NCBI RefSeq assembly: GCF_009834535.1
Contig: NC_045696.1
Span: 97,652,001-97,716,000, forward strand
DNA: 64,000 nt
Direction of reading: 5' to 3'
Source: Camelus ferus
Lineage: Eukaryota
Below are positions 22,292 through 35,905 of this stretch, one piece after another (within the stretch, counting starts at the first letter, position 1; each line of letters starts with the position of its first letter). The notes under the pieces were generated by a model. It was given only the letters and a program-made list of their open reading frames with translations, ran no database searches and was not told the origin of the DNA. The position numbers and the translations under genes are program-made.

Positions 22292-24096
22292 TCCAGAACA
22301 TTTGAAAGATTGATTTTTGGCAGTAAATGTTTTTAAAAAATGGATGGATATGATCTGGACTGATTCATGGTTACGGTTACTCTCAGGAAGGAGAGAAGTA
22401 TAAGAGAGAAAGGCAACACAGTGACTCTCAATTGAAACAACAATGTTTTATTTTTTTATAAACTATCTGAAGAAAACATGGCACTAGGTTACCACTTACA
22501 ATGCTACAGGTGGCGTGTCCTGTTTTTGTGTTCACATCTGCAATATCTCACCTTAAAATAATAAAAATAAATAAACACTCCAACTAACTTTTCATAACTC
22601 TTCCAGAATGGATGAACCATGTGAACGTACACTGTATGTCCCTTTGTTTTAAGTAATGTCCTGATCAGAAGTCTTAAAGAATTGCTAAATTTACTACTCA
22701 GAGATATTTTCAGTCTTAAAATCAGACGGAATACCTTCAATTTATCAAGGGCTTCATGCTATAAAATTTTTCATGATAAAAGAGAAGTCATTGAAATCAA
22801 GTTGAATATGTTCGGGAGCAGACGCTCTAAACTGCTCTTTTTTAAAGTACATAGGCGAAAGATCTGGAATATTTCCAGAAGGAGACACAATAATTGGGAA
22901 CACTGGGAACCTCTGGGGAAGGGTGTTGCCAGACTTTGGGGTCAGGAATGTGTGGCTTCCTGTGCAGTTTCTGTATGTGGACATGTTTTCCCTGTTCTAA
23001 ATGAATAAACAGTTAAGAAGGACACTACTGTGCAGTGGTCAAGGGGCGTGGGGTACAGGCAGGCAGATCTTTGCTTGAGTCCTGGTTCCTCCCCCATGAC
23101 CCTGGGAAGTCCATCTTTCTAAGATCTCCTTTCTTTTTCTATAAACTAAGGCTCAGTAATAACCACCTGTCTCCCAGCAATCATACTATGTAAGACAGTC
23201 TAATCAATAGTAAATAGGGAATCAGAGGCACACGTCTCCAGAAAGCCAGGTAATCCCTAGGTGGGGTAGGCTATTAGATAATGCCTCGCACTTCACTGTT
23301 GGGATACCCAGAAGTCTCTTTTGCCTATTTCCAAGATTTGCATAATTTCCCATGACATTAGCAAGCACTTGATAAATGTCATTGTTCTATTATAATGTTT
23401 AATCGTCATAGCTTTACATACTTTAACTTTCCACAAATACAGACAGCCTAGCTCTGGGGAGAAAAAGAAAACAGGCTGGCGCGGGGGTTGAGAAGGAAGG
23501 AAAAGTGGGCAGTTCCTAAACATGGTATTTAGAGGCTTAGTAGTGACAACGTGTTGGAGAAACATCTCTGGTGGGCATGAAGGTTCCTCTCAGCAACTAC
23601 TCTAAGAGATATATAGAGATTACCTGAAGTGTTTCTTCACTTATATGTTAATGTCCTCCTGTATTTTCTGCTTCAGTTCTGGGAAGCCAGGAAGATGGAC
23701 TGGTGTGGGGGGTGGTCAGAAACTTAACTTACAAGGGCTTCAGTTTCCCTATTTGAAAAACGAGAAGTTTAACACCTACCTCAAAGGGTTATTGTCAGAA
23801 TTGAGCCTGATAAAGTATGGAAATCACCTGAAATCTTTCCTGAGTGTTCTTTTACTTCATTATCCAACAAGCATTTATCGAGGACCTGTGTGTCCTCACT
23901 ACCCCAGACACTCACCGCTGCTCTCCCCTTCCCTGCACACCGATGCTGCCACATCTCCCCCGAGTCCTTGCAATGTCCTTGTGAAAGGTAGCAACTGCCA
24001 CGACCCATTTTACAGCAGAGGATTTTGAAGCATAGAAAATCTTTAGTGAAGAAATAGGGGTTCCATTCTTTATTTCTTCTTTCAAGATAATCTATT

Positions 24097-24172
24097 CTTT
24101 TAGGAGGTGCTGGATTGGACCCAGGAGCTCGTGCATGCTAAGCACACACTCTACCACTTAGCTATTCCCTCC
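24097..24172 (-). mobile_element. tRNA-derived SINE (Vic-1-like), short copy
   Basis: tgcatgctaagcacacactctaccacttagctat is the reverse complement of the SINE head. Confidence 0.7.
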
Positions 24173-27100
24173 TCTCTAAGAACTGTCTTTCTTAAGTCCC
24201 CTTCAAACTGGCTGTCCTCCGAGGAACACAGAGGCAGAGGCAGAGTCATGCTCTTGATCTCGGATGTGCTCACACAGGAGGCGTCCCTAAGGGGCACTGG
24301 TGAGCCAGGCACGGGGAGAAGCGCTGACTCTACAATAAACAGACCGATTTATGACCCGACCAAGATCTTCCTTCAGAACAGGTCTGTCAACCATCTGGCC
24401 CTGCCTGTGGGTGGGGTGGGCCTTTATCTGCCTGACAGACTTTAAGGATGCTGAAATGCCCGACTGCCTCTAAATATCTCCTTTATCTGTCTCATTATTA
24501 AAGACACTCCTTTGAGTCAAAGTCAAAGTCTTCCAAAGGCTCTCATTAAAAGCACATATTTAACATGAAAGAGTTGATAACATTAATTAGCTGTCCCATT
24601 GGACCCTGAGAAACGATTTTTTTTTTCAAGGATTAGAGTGCAGGAAAAGCTTGAGACCTAGAAACAAACCCAGGGAGGCTTTTCAAAGCCCACCTTGAAA
24701 GTCACCCTCCTCTCACAACTTTTGCCCAGGGCTCAGTTTTCTCTGTTCTCATTTACCCTAATTTATTTAAAAGCATTCAGACCCCTGGGGCTGGGTTTCA
24801 GTCTTGCTCTGCCTCAGAGGAGAGCTCACCTCCATTTTTCAGTTTCACTATATGAAACCATCAATTCAGTGACCTCAAGATTTTTTTTCCAGCTCATTGT
24901 CTTGCTTTATCTCTACAGCCATCACATCCTGCTTCCATGACTGATTTGGATGTCCTGGTTTCACTACCCAAGGAAAGGGACGAGAATGATGCAGCTGACT
25001 TCTGGGGAATATTCCAGAAAGACACAGCAGGGAAGAGAGGGGAGAGAGAGGCCAGGGAACAAATGATGGACAACAAAGCTCTGAAGGCAGCGCAGGATTT
25101 AGCTCAGCAGCCCTTGGCCTAGTCTGTTTCTGCCACACAGGCCTTTTCACCTGCAGGAATTCTTATACAACATTCCTGGGAAGCCCAGTGTTCCTTAAAT
25201 ACCGAGAGGGCAATGCGGCGAGTCTTTGGAAAAATAATTCCAATCTTCAGCATTAGAATACCGATCAAATTACCTGCAGCTTTTTTTTCTTTTTGTCTGA
25301 CAGAGTGTTTGTAAATACCTTTCTCTAAAAAATGATTATTGCTTGGTGCCCAGAGCCTCAGAACATTAGGGAAACACGGCTCGAAGGCAGGGGCGGGAAC
25401 CCCGAGGTCCTCAGGGACGGGGCGAAGAGCTCAGCCCCGACCAGGGCCGGACACTGTTGTGTCAAAATGCAGGCCCAGAAGTGGCAGGTTAATTTCTGAT
25501 TTTTTTGAAAAAGCAGTAAGAGATCTAGACACTTTCTGTGAAATCTCTCTATTTTTAAAAGTTGGCAGCTGATTAACAAACAAATGGACCCCAAACAAGA
25601 AATCTTTCCACTGGCCACCAAGAATGCGGTCGCTCTGGTGCAGGGTGGCTGTGGTTGGTGCCTCGGGTTCCAGCCTGTAGAGCTGGTCCTTTGCTGGGCA
25701 CTGCCCTTGTGGACAGTCAGCCGGTCATTGGGAGGAGTCACTCTCAACTCCTGCCAAGGGCAGATCCCTCCCAGGGGGTGAGGGCGCCTGATCTGACAGC
25801 TGAGTTGGGCAGACCAAATGTTTCAGCTCCTATTGACTCAACTGTGCTTGTACAAATGTGACTTCTCTGCTTTCCTCTTGGACTTCACATACATCTAATT
25901 AAAAAACACATTTTGCACGATACTCTGAATATTATTTTATATCTCATTGTGTTATATATAATCTTAAAAACAAAAAAAAATAAACAAAGACCCTTGTTTT
26001 ATATCGGCTAATCTTCAGCCTTCTGCTCAGCACCAGGGATTGAGTTGTTAGATTTCTAAGCAATTCATCCAATTTTCTTATTTGCTAATTTTTCTCAAAT
26101 TCTCATCTCCAGCTTATTCTTCCCAAATCTGCAAGGTATAATGGGATTACATTTCAAAGGGAAGGTGAGTTCTATATTTATTTCTGTTCCTTTATAATTA
26201 ATTATATTAAAATAGCATTATATACAACGCACATTAAGTAATTATATCAAATAAATTGTGGGTAACTTTCACATCTCTTTGTAAATGACGATTTTAAATG
26301 TTGCTGTAATAATCAATGCTTGATGGTGGTAAGCAGGTGGAAACATTCTCTTTGAATGGCCTTTGATCTCACATGGAAAAGCCTCGCTGTACTTGCAATG
26401 CATGAGCCTCAGCCCTTCCTATGTACTCAATACATATTTTTTAGTTGACTAAATGAGCAAATAATGATGAGAAAGAAATGTTAGAAGTGATTCGGTTTCA
26501 GGACAAATAGCTACACCTTTCCCTTTAAGAAGTTAAGGTGAGAGTGCATAATTCATCACTGGGGTTCATGAGTCTCTTGGATGGACAACTGAACCTCAGA
26601 GATCAGAGCAGGAGCTGGCCTTCCTCATCATCGGGCCAGTAATTCCAGTTGGACCTTCTTCATTTTTGCCACAACAATGTACCTGAATTCAATATCTTTT
26701 TAAAGCCAACGCTCTAATTTATTCACTTTTATCACCTCTATGAATGAAAAACTGGAATCATTAACAGACACACACAATATTATTGAATTTCTAGTTACTG
26801 TTTCTTGCATCCTTGGAGCTGGAGACTTGTTCTCACTTTGTCAGAAAGGGAGATTACAAGGGATTAGAAATAGTAAAGACTTATTTCCATCAAAATAAGA
26901 GTTTTGTTGATAGAATCCAGAGGATTAAAGGAGAATTAAAAAGAGAATAACTTTCTACGTGATTGAAAGACCACAGCTGTGTGCCAGCAGAACTTGTCCA
27001 TACTGGGGAAATTCTGATCTAGTCCAGCTTCCTCATCTTACAGGGGAGCAGAGGGAGGCAGAGAGCAGTACAGCGACTCCCTCCGTGGCGGAAATGGGGT

Positions 27101-27688
27101 CCACTTCCAGCCTTCCTCCGCATTCTGCTTGGAGCCGTGAAGCCTAATCGCTCCAGCCTGCCCACTAAAAGATGGATGGCTGCCGGAAACCAGAAAGAAA
27201 ACAGTCCCACGGCAAAGTCAGGGTGAAGTAGGGAAGTGCTGAGCCTCTGATCGCGAACCTGGCAGTGGAGTGGACGGAGAGTGTAGGGGGCCATCAGGGA
27301 GAGGAGGTTACCATCTGTTATCGTGTCCCAACCGCCTTTTACAAGTGAGGCAATGTGGCGGCCAGAGAAGGGAAATGATTTGCGCAAGGTCTCAGGGCTT
27401 CTCTAGGGCAAAGGGAGAGTTCTGCACCATCTCTGCCTTCCCAGCTTGCATTTTTTTTCCTATGGCACCACCAGATTTTAAATGGTACTTCTACCCTCTA
27501 AGTATGATTGTGGTTTTCACTATTTATGATCATTGTGACTTTGCACCAGCAAAAATCCCATCTTTATTCCTATACCAGCTGCCCCCAGAGTCCTGCCTGG
27601 GGCTGGTATCTGGTGCGCATCCCCACGCCCAGCACAAGGAGGCAGTGCACCCCGGAGTAGTTCCGGTGGCTGCGCCCAGGGAACTCAC

Positions 27689-27778
27689 CGCGAAGCGCTT
27701 CCCGCAGCTCTCGTTACCGCAGCATCCGCAGCAGTCGTTGTTCTTCAGGCCCAAGAACACCAGCGCGGGGAAGATCAT
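27689..27778 (-). CDS. TM4SF4: TM4SF4 exon 2 (aa 59-88, [30 protein letters not shown])
   Basis: Acceptor cccatAG at 27780-27779, donor GTGAG at 27688-27684, 90 nt, phase 0. Encodes the Cys-rich cytoplasmic loop typical of the L6 family. Confidence 0.97.
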
Positions 27779-28515
27779 CTATGGGCAAAAGAAGCAGCTC
27801 AGCGCGGGTCTGGGAAGGGCTGGCGCCTGCCTGGCTGGGTGAGATGCCACGTCCGCCCATGGATAAGGGTATGGTGGAAACCTGCGGAGCATGGCTGGCG
27901 GGTAGACGAGTGTTTTGAGTATTAGGGTTCCATCTGGCCTAACCGCAGGTGCAAGGAGGCAAGCTGTCAAGATCTGACACTCTGAGCTCCCATTCACACG
28001 GTGGGTTAGGCTAGGGACAAGAAACTTGTCCTCAGTGGTCATGAAACATGAGTCTCTCTGTCTCTAAACCACAGGGTTCCAACCTCTATTGGAAACCAGG
28101 GGTAAATAAAATCATTACTACACGAGTGGACGAGGAACCCACAGACATCTGCTTCTTTTGGTGGTTTTCAGTCAATCAATTTGCTAGAAAAATGTGTGTT
28201 CACTCCCCCACCCCCGCCCATCACCCTAGCTTTATCTTGTTAAAATAAAGAAATTACACCGCCATCTGTTTGGTTCATGGAATTCAACCTACACATGAGA
28301 ACTGCCAGCCTAAGCTTGGGGGTTCATTATTAGTCAGTTTAGTGGACATTTGGCTGGTCCCAACCGAGAAGGGAAAAATGAAAGCACTGACGTTTCATCG
28401 TGCAAAGCGTGAGCTTTCATTAACAACCAAATCTCTTCCTGTTCGGTAAGTACCCAGTTTTAAAAGGATGGGGTGCAGATCTCCTTTGGGGGGATTTTAA
28501 GTCTTCCCTACTCAC

Positions 28516-28689
28516 CAAGACACAGCTTCCCAATATTCCTCCGAAATACCAGACCTCGTCGGTAAGGTGGTCATTGTTGTCTATCACTTTTCCTCCAGGG
28601 AAAAATAGCAGGATGTTAGCCAGTAAGCCAAACAAGGCGAGGGGGATGAGGGTGCCCCCCAGGCACTTGGCACAGCTCCCGGTGCACAT
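28516..28689 (-). CDS. TM4SF4: TM4SF4 coding exon 1 (aa 1-58, MCTGSCAKCLGGTLIPLALFGLLANILLFFPGGKVIDNNDHLTDEVWYFGGILGSCVL)
   Basis: ATG at 28689 in ccccagcATG context (A at -3). 174 nt, ending at GTGAG donor (28515-28511). Translation matches the recalled TM4SF4 N-terminus (MCTGGCARCLGGTLIPLA...). Confidence 0.97.
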
Positions 28690-28875
28690 GCTGGGGAAGG
28701 AGAATATAGGTCTGCGATTCAAGGACCCTCGCTGCCTTCTTCACAGGCTCTCTTCAAACTTATCAGCCACAGTGTCGTAGTAATTGTCCCCAAATCAATC
28801 CGTATTTTGGAGCTGAGAAACGAAGTCAGCCTGTGAACTGTGTCCTTGGAGTTGCTTCAGCTTCTCAAAGATAGC
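28690..28875 (-). other. TM4SF4: TM4SF4 5' UTR (TSS inferred near 28870)
   Basis: Lies between the TATA box and the ATG. No upstream ATG in this interval. Confidence 0.55.
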
Positions 28876-28897
28876 CGAACCTTGATGGCAATGGACA

Positions 28898-29050
28898 TTT
28901 ATACATTCTCCCTGACCTGAAGTCCTTTTTTTTTTTTTTTGCACCCTCATAAATAAGATTACGTTCATTGCAATCATTTTGCCATGGAGACCAATAACCT
29001 CTGTTAATAATCCACTAGCACAGACAAGACACTCAACCTTGTTGCAATCG
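28898..29050 (-). promoter_or_regulatory. TM4SF4 proximal promoter
   Basis: TATAAA on minus strand (28903-28898), AGGTCA half-site (28918-28913), CTCATAAA CDX/HOX-like (28946-28953), CCAAT (28991-28995), HNF1-like GTTAATAATCCAC (29003-29015), C/EBP-like TGTTGCAAT (29040-29048). Confidence 0.65.
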
Positions 29051-32000
29051 AACATTTCTGGAACAAACAAGCATCTGGAACTTCTGCACCTTTAATCTGA
29101 CCATGCCCCTGCCCAAATCAAGAAATATTTCCCCCAGGCTCTTTCCAAATCACTGTAAAATTGAGTTACAGCCTAGCTAAAATCATGTCTCCCAAGTATT
29201 TAATGGTCCACAGTGTGTCTTTGTCTTTCCTGCTGAAAGCCTGAAATGCAAAAGAGTTATTTGAAAGAGCTGCTGTTTTCCTCAATAGGAAAATAAGATT
29301 TGATGATCTAGTTGGGTACTGCTGAGCTCAGGCCTACAGGAATTTTTAAAGGACAAAATCAGAATAACTACTTTGTCTTACTGCTTTACTTCCATATTTG
29401 CTACTCCATTAAGTTCTGTCCCCTTCCCTACCTGGCATGATAGAATTAGCAAAAACAGTTTTCCCAATTAACTTGTTCAGCTACATCTTCCATCAGGAAT
29501 AAAAACCTCTACCTTTATAAAGGGTAAGGGCAAAAAAAGGTTGACGTTGGGTGGAGGAGAGGAAAGATACTGATGAGTGGACTGGAGACAGAGCGGACAA
29601 AGTTAGAAGAGCAGGTAGAGCGTGTAGGAGGCAGAAAGATGGACTTCTACTGGAAATTTTGCCAGCTTCCCGGGGCATGATTCAATTACTTACTTGCTTT
29701 GTGTCACTGTGAGAAGGTCTTTACCATGCCTAGACTAAGCCCTACGTTATGCAATGACCCTGCTCAGTACTGGTGTTACTTAACAGCTGAAGGACTTGGA
29801 TAGAAAGGGAGCCTGCTAGCTCTGTGCTGAGAGCCTAGAGGTTAGCATAAGAACAGTAGACAGAATTTCATACAGAGTCAAATTTTAGTAAATTAAAAAG
29901 CAAGTAACATCATTATCATGGTTAGACTCGTCCTACGATAGAGTTGGCCACCAATTCCCAGGGAAGCAGTGGGCTGCGTTCTGCCAAGGCTCAGGGACCC
30001 TTGACCAGGGAAGCAATGGACGGGATCCCAGAGAAGTCAGATTGGATGGACGCTGAGTTTCCTTCTACAGATTCTATGAAATGTGTATTGATTGCTCTAT
30101 AAAGACCCTTCCTGAGACCTCAGGTTTGAAGAAACACAACAAACGTTTGTTGAGTGTGCATAAGGTTCTGAGCACAAACTGTAAAGAAGATATCATGTCC
30201 GCTATAGGTGAAGGCACTAGGGCTTAGAGAGGTTAAGTAGCTTTTGCAAGGTCGTCCCAGCGTAATACAGTGAGGAGTGAAGATTTTCAGTCAAGATTCT
30301 GTGCCGACAAAACCCAGGCTATTGTCTTCCTAATAGATTTTCCCTTTTAGAAATTAAAAAAAAAATTATCTCTTCCATATAAATAATAGAATTGACGCTA
30401 TGTGTGAAATGTATGGATACAATGGGACATCCTTCCTTCTGAATGACAAACAGTTGTGATTTTTTTCGTGTTACAAAATAATATGGACTTTCTTTTTTTT
30501 TTTTTTTTTGATAGAAAAGTCAGATACATAGACAAGCAGTAGGAAGAAAAGGAAAACCAGCAGTGTCCCAGCCAGCAGCAGACAAGGACTGTTACCACTG
30601 CTGCAGTTGTCTTCCAACACTCCAAGCAGGTGCAAATGAGCTTTCCTTGGAACCCGCCAGCTTCGCAGGGAGTCTCGAGAATAATCCCGGGAGGAAGACA
30701 AAGGTTCTAGGGACGTAAGTGTGGAGTTTGTCTTTGTAGATGCCACCTTGGAGTGAGGCAGCTTTCTTCTGGGGACGGGGCAGCTTTTTTCTTTCTTCAG
30801 GGACTTTTTTGGCCGTAGAAGTTACCGTCACAGCATTTGAATACCACTGGTCGGCAGCCCTGGTATCCTGGACGTCACAGGCTAACAACTGGAGTTGCCC
30901 GTTACTAAGAGAGCAGGTATAAGTAAAGAATACTGTGGGCACACTTCAGTTTTCTGCCGCAGTTTTTAAGAAGACTTGGTACATGAGTAACTGTGAGGGA
31001 GAAGCCAGGGGTCACTTACTTCCTGTGCGGAGGCAGGGAACCACTGACGGACCGTCACCCTTCTGGAATGCCCTGACTACCTGAGACTTCAAACTCTTGG
31101 AGGGTGATTAATTCATTTATTGTTCTACTATTCATTGTACCTTTAGACCTGCAAGCAGGAAGCAGAACACCTAATCTGGGGAACAGGGATGGTGAGGGGA
31201 GGGAGGCTTGGTGAAATTTACCCTCAGGAAGGGTGGGGTCACCCACAGACTGCTCTGGGCACTAGAGAAAACATTGTGAGATCCTGGCAGTCATTCTTGT
31301 GACGCCCACTCTTGATGGTTAGCTGCTCACTCTTTGTTTAGCAGTGAAGCCCTATGCCAAAAAGGCTAGAGCCCTCCTTTTCAGAGATAGCAAGGGGGAG
31401 GTGGTGAAGACTGAGCCCCACTTTACATCCTGTCCTGTAGGAAGGAGACCTCAGAAGTGAGAGCAGATGGCAGGTCCGGAAGGGACAGAAAGGGATCCTT
31501 GCAGAAGGGAGAGGAGAAGGACGTGAACATGGTGGCGGTCCTCCTGGACCACACCCTCTGGTGGTTTGATCGCAGGAGAGTAAGCAGCAGAAAGTTCCTG
31601 CATTCCTGAACCAACGAACACAGGCCTGGGAGATGTTCTGCAGTGACTCTGATCGTCTGCGGAAGGCATGCACAATACTTAGGTGACGCTTACTACTGCT
31701 TCTCAGCCTGCTAAACTCTACGTCCCACAATGGATGAAGAATCATCAACTCAGGGCAATGCAATGCAATCAGTAAGTGTGTTAGAAGCACCCAAAAGATG
31801 TCCACCAGTGTGCCAAGCGCTGTCCTAGTAAATCGTACGAATCTGACTGACATTCTGCCCTCAATAGTATTACAGCTGTTTACCTGTAACAAGAGACAAG
31901 GTAAATCACACACAGAGGTTAAGTAAGTTAACTGCTCCTTAGCAGAAGAACTAGGAATAGGTTCTTCTGCTTCTCTTGAAGTAATTGGGGAGAAAACAAG

Positions 32001-33319
32001 GGGCCTTGATACACTTAGATTTAGGTGTTGTATAGTTCAGTTCCCCAGCTTTGCTTGCCTAGATTATTGGCATAGCTTTTCAAAAGTGATTTCCAAAAGG
32101 AAGGAAGTATCAGTGGGCACTGCAAGTAACAGGACTAAGAGCCATGTTACGAAACGTTTGTAAAGTGGATACAGATACTGGGTTACTATGCAACATGTTT
32201 TGTTTACTGTAAGTCTTGAACCAAAAAATAAAGGTGAGAGTCAGTGCTCTTTATAAAGTGAGAGCTAGTGATCTTTATGAAATGAAAATCTGATCTTATA
32301 TACTCTCTCTTAAAGCCCTTAGGAGGCTCCCCAAACCCCCAGATCTTAAACTCAGCCCTCTGATGTATCTTTCTGCCAAATCAAGTTGACCGTCTTCCCT
32401 GTTCCTTCTCTGCCTCCTTCACCTGCTCCCTCTTCCACTCCTCCAGGACTCAGCTCAGTGGTTGCTTCTTCCAAGAAACCTTGTTTTACAAGAAAAGTGT
32501 TGCACAGTCAAGATATGTTTACGCAACTCAGGATGAGACAGAGTTAAGCAGACTTCTGAATGGCATAGCTCTTCAGGGCTCTTAATTTGCAAATGCACTT
32601 GTACTTGTCAAAGGAAAGTTAGCATGTGTGGCATCAGTCATGCAAACTTCCATGTCCACAGAACTCTTCTGTTGTAGTCCATCTTGAAGGACCAGGATTC
32701 CCTAGCACTTCCTTTGGGAAATTGGGACCTTGCTCGTTTCTCAAGTGCTTGTGATGGAATCTATGTTCTGTCAGAAGATGAGTGCTCACTTGGGGCAAAG
32801 GAAGTGTAGCAAGAGTGGAGCTGAAGATGGGATGAAGCAAGGTTTGGGGAGATGCTGAAGAGCTGGATGCTGAGAGTGGTGAGCATGGAGCTGGATCGGG
32901 GGCCAGCTCGGCCTCTACTGACCTGAAGAATGGGAAATACCCCGTCTGAGGGGAGGCAGTAGCTAGTTGAGGGTGGAACAGTGAACTCTAAGGCTTCGTG
33001 ACTGGGTCCTTCACGCTTGGTTCATTTCAACCCAAGTATTCCGTAAGGAGCTTGTTGGAGACAGGACCGCAAAAGGACTGAATGGCCTGGAGAACTAAAC
33101 GACGTGGAGCCTACCCTCGGACCTCTCTCTCTCAGAACCTAACAGAGTTGTCATTCAAACCTGACAGGAGCCAGCCTTTCCAGAGTGCCTACTGTATGCC
33201 AGGCCCGCGTTTGAGGGCTCAGCGCTACTACCTCATTTCAGTCCAGAGCAATCTGGTAAGGTGGGCATTGTAATTATTGTCCCTGTTTTAGAGATGAGGA
33301 AACCAAAACAATAGTAATG

Positions 33320-34071
33320 CGGTTCTGGTTGTCTATCAAAATAGCATAAAACTTTGTATTTAGAACAGCAGCTGTTTGGGATTGGCAGGTACAAACAAAC
33401 TACTACATACAGAATAGATAAACAGCTACTGTACAGCACAGGGAACTATATTCAATGGCTTGTAGTAACTTGTAATGAAAAAGAATATATATATGAAACT
33501 GGATCACTACACTGTGCACCAGAAACTAACACAACATTGTGAATCAACTATACTCCAATTAAAAAAAAAAGAAAAAAGATAATAAATAAAACAGCAACTA
33601 TTTAATTATCTATCATGAGTTGGTGGGGCAGGAGTTTGGGTGGAGATCAGTGAGGTAATCCTTCAGATCCAGGTAGTGTCCCTGGGGTCATTCACTCTTG
33701 TTCAGCGGGGAGGGGGCTGAATTGCATTGGTCTGAAGGGTCCAAGATGTCTTTACTCGCATCCCAGGCTCCTTGATGGGAAGGGTGATAAGACTGGGCTC
33801 AGCAGGCCCCCCTCTTCCCCCGCTGTAGTCTTAAGGGTCTTCACATAGTCTCTGTAGTCAGGTAGTGAGATTTTTAGATGGTGGCTCAGACAAGAAGTAG
33901 AAGCTGCCTGTTTCTTAAGACCTGAGTTAGAAATTGGGACAGGGTCACTTTTTATCATATTCTCTTGGTTAGAATTGTCAGAGTCATCTAAGATTCAAGG
34001 GGAGAGGTACACACTTCACCTCTGCAGGAGAAAAATGGCAAAATACTTGTGGCCATCTTTAACTTGCCACA
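33320..34071 (-). mobile_element. MLT1 (MaLR) LTR interrupted by an L1
   Basis: ggtccaagatgtctttactc, gactgggctcagc, gattcaaggggagagg...ggccatctttaa...ccaca. Confidence 0.65.
33374..33589 (+). mobile_element. L1 3' end (artiodactyl-type)
   Basis: tacagcacagggaactatattcaat...ccagaaactaacacaacattgtgaatcaactata with A tail. TSD aacagca(g/a)ct. Confidence 0.85.
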
Positions 34072-35772
34072 GTGGTCGAGGTAAGATATGAACCCAGGGG
34101 GTCTGTCTCCAGTGATGGTTCTCTGAACCACCACACTGTAATCCCCAGTACGCTGTGCTTCCATCAACACAGGGAGGGCTGCCTGCATGCATTTAGCTTC
34201 ACATCAAGAGTGATTCTCAGCTACAGGCTGAATAATCTGCATAAATCCCTCTAATAAATGGGTGGACACAGCTTGATTAGGATTTGGACTTGGGGGTTTT
34301 GCAGGCACCACCAATAACTAAAAGTCAGTATCTCCAAATCAGAATGAGCAATTGAATACACACACTGCCTCCTGACTCAAAGGGGGTGCTGGGTGACCCT
34401 CTCTGACACAGGTCCCAGTACAAAAGGGCACAGCTTGACCCCTCAGAGAGGCATGAACCCTGGCCAGCGAATCTCTCCTGAGAGATCTGCCCAAATATCG
34501 ATCTGTTGTAGCATTCTTTCATGTCGCTATGGTTATAGGTGAAGAGGTAGCTTTCAACGGAAACTCGGTCCCCGCACACTTTCTGCAAAGTGAAGAAATG
34601 TCACTAATTGAGGCTTCTCATCTTCTTTTTAAAATTAAATTAGGCAGACTAAGTTTAGAAATCCATTTTATGGTTGTAAAAGGCCAAGAAATTTGAACAT
34701 TGTCTTTATTTTTTTTTGTTTATAAATCTGACTTTGTGAAATTACATGTATTATTCTTCTGCTCTGTGCCTTTGGCACATATTTCCCGAGTCATATTTGG
34801 TTTCAAAAAATTCACAAACGTGTTAGAAAACAATAGCAAAAACAAAAAGAAAGCAAGTGAAATTTTGAAAATAAGATGGAGGCTTCTCGAAAAAATAATG
34901 TACCTTTGAAACTTTGTTCATTGTGGAGAAAAAATTTTTAATAAAATTATATAGTCAGCATTTATTGTGTACTTGTTACATGCAAGACATGGCTTTAATA
35001 TTTTTCATTATTAACTCTTGTTATTATTAAACAACATTATTTAATCTTGACAACTTCCCTCTGAGGTGGGGACAGTAATTCACTCTTTCCCATATGGGAG
35101 GAAACTGGGGCTAAGAGGGGTAAGGAGCTTGCAGAAGACCACGCGAGTGTTGGAACCGAAGTCCACACACTGCTTGTCTTAATTTAAAAAAAAAAGCAGT
35201 GCTGGGGGACATGGGAGGGCTCTTGCCGTCCCACTGCCCAAAGACACAGACTTTAAAGACTGATTCCCAGTTGCAAACGTTCTGAGCAAAAATTATGGGT
35301 AAGACTAAATTCTGGGGTGGTGAAAATATTAAAACCAAGTTTTAAAAGGCAGGTTTTGATGTAGGCAGCTGGTGTGATATGTACTTACTATGTGGCTAAC
35401 TTGGGCTGTCCTTCCACAGCTAGTGGTGGAGTCCAGAAGCCAGAGTTGAATGATAAACATCACTCACTTGAAATGGAATGACCAGCTCCAAATCACAGAA
35501 AGTCAAAGTTAAAATTAACTGCTTTCCTTTGGAGACAACTACAATTGCAAAAACCCCAAAACAACAAGATAAAACCTCCCAGTAGTAGCTTTGGTGATTA
35601 AACTTAGAGGGTGGACAATGACACATCCTGGAGGTCTCTGGTGGTTTTCCAAGTCCCCAGTACAGCCTGAGGCACATTGGAGAGGCCCAGTTTTTGTTTT
35701 TGTTTTTTTAACTGAGATTAGCATTACTTTGATTACCTACTTGTATCTCAAAGGTTTTAGCAAAGTTTTATA

Positions 35773-35905
35773 CCAGGATTCTCAAACGTCAGTGTGCACA
35801 ACTCGTCCACGATCTTGTTAAAATGCAGGTTCTGACTTAGAAGCTCTGGGGTGGGACTTGAGATTTTGCATCTCTAACAAGCTTCTGGGTGATGCTGGCG
35901 GTCAT
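35773..35905. mobile_element. MER5A-like element
   Basis: ttctcaaac...cttgttaaaatgcaggttctga...ttttgcatctctaacaagc...ggtgatgctg. Confidence 0.7.

Noticed and set aside
27689..27778. Extra N-E-S sequon in exon 2
   Set aside because: Cytoplasmic loop, not accessible to N-glycosylation.
27270..27842. 190-aa + strand ORF antisense to exon 2
   Set aside because: Non-ATG start, no recognisable domain, explained by GC-rich antisense sequence.
28690..28722. 11-aa N-terminal extension of TM4SF4 in the ORF track
   Set aside because: Starts at a non-ATG codon (TTG). The conserved Met with good Kozak context is at 28689.
31338..31913. 191-aa minus-strand ORF
   Set aside because: No recognisable homology or exon structure. 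Consistent with chance.
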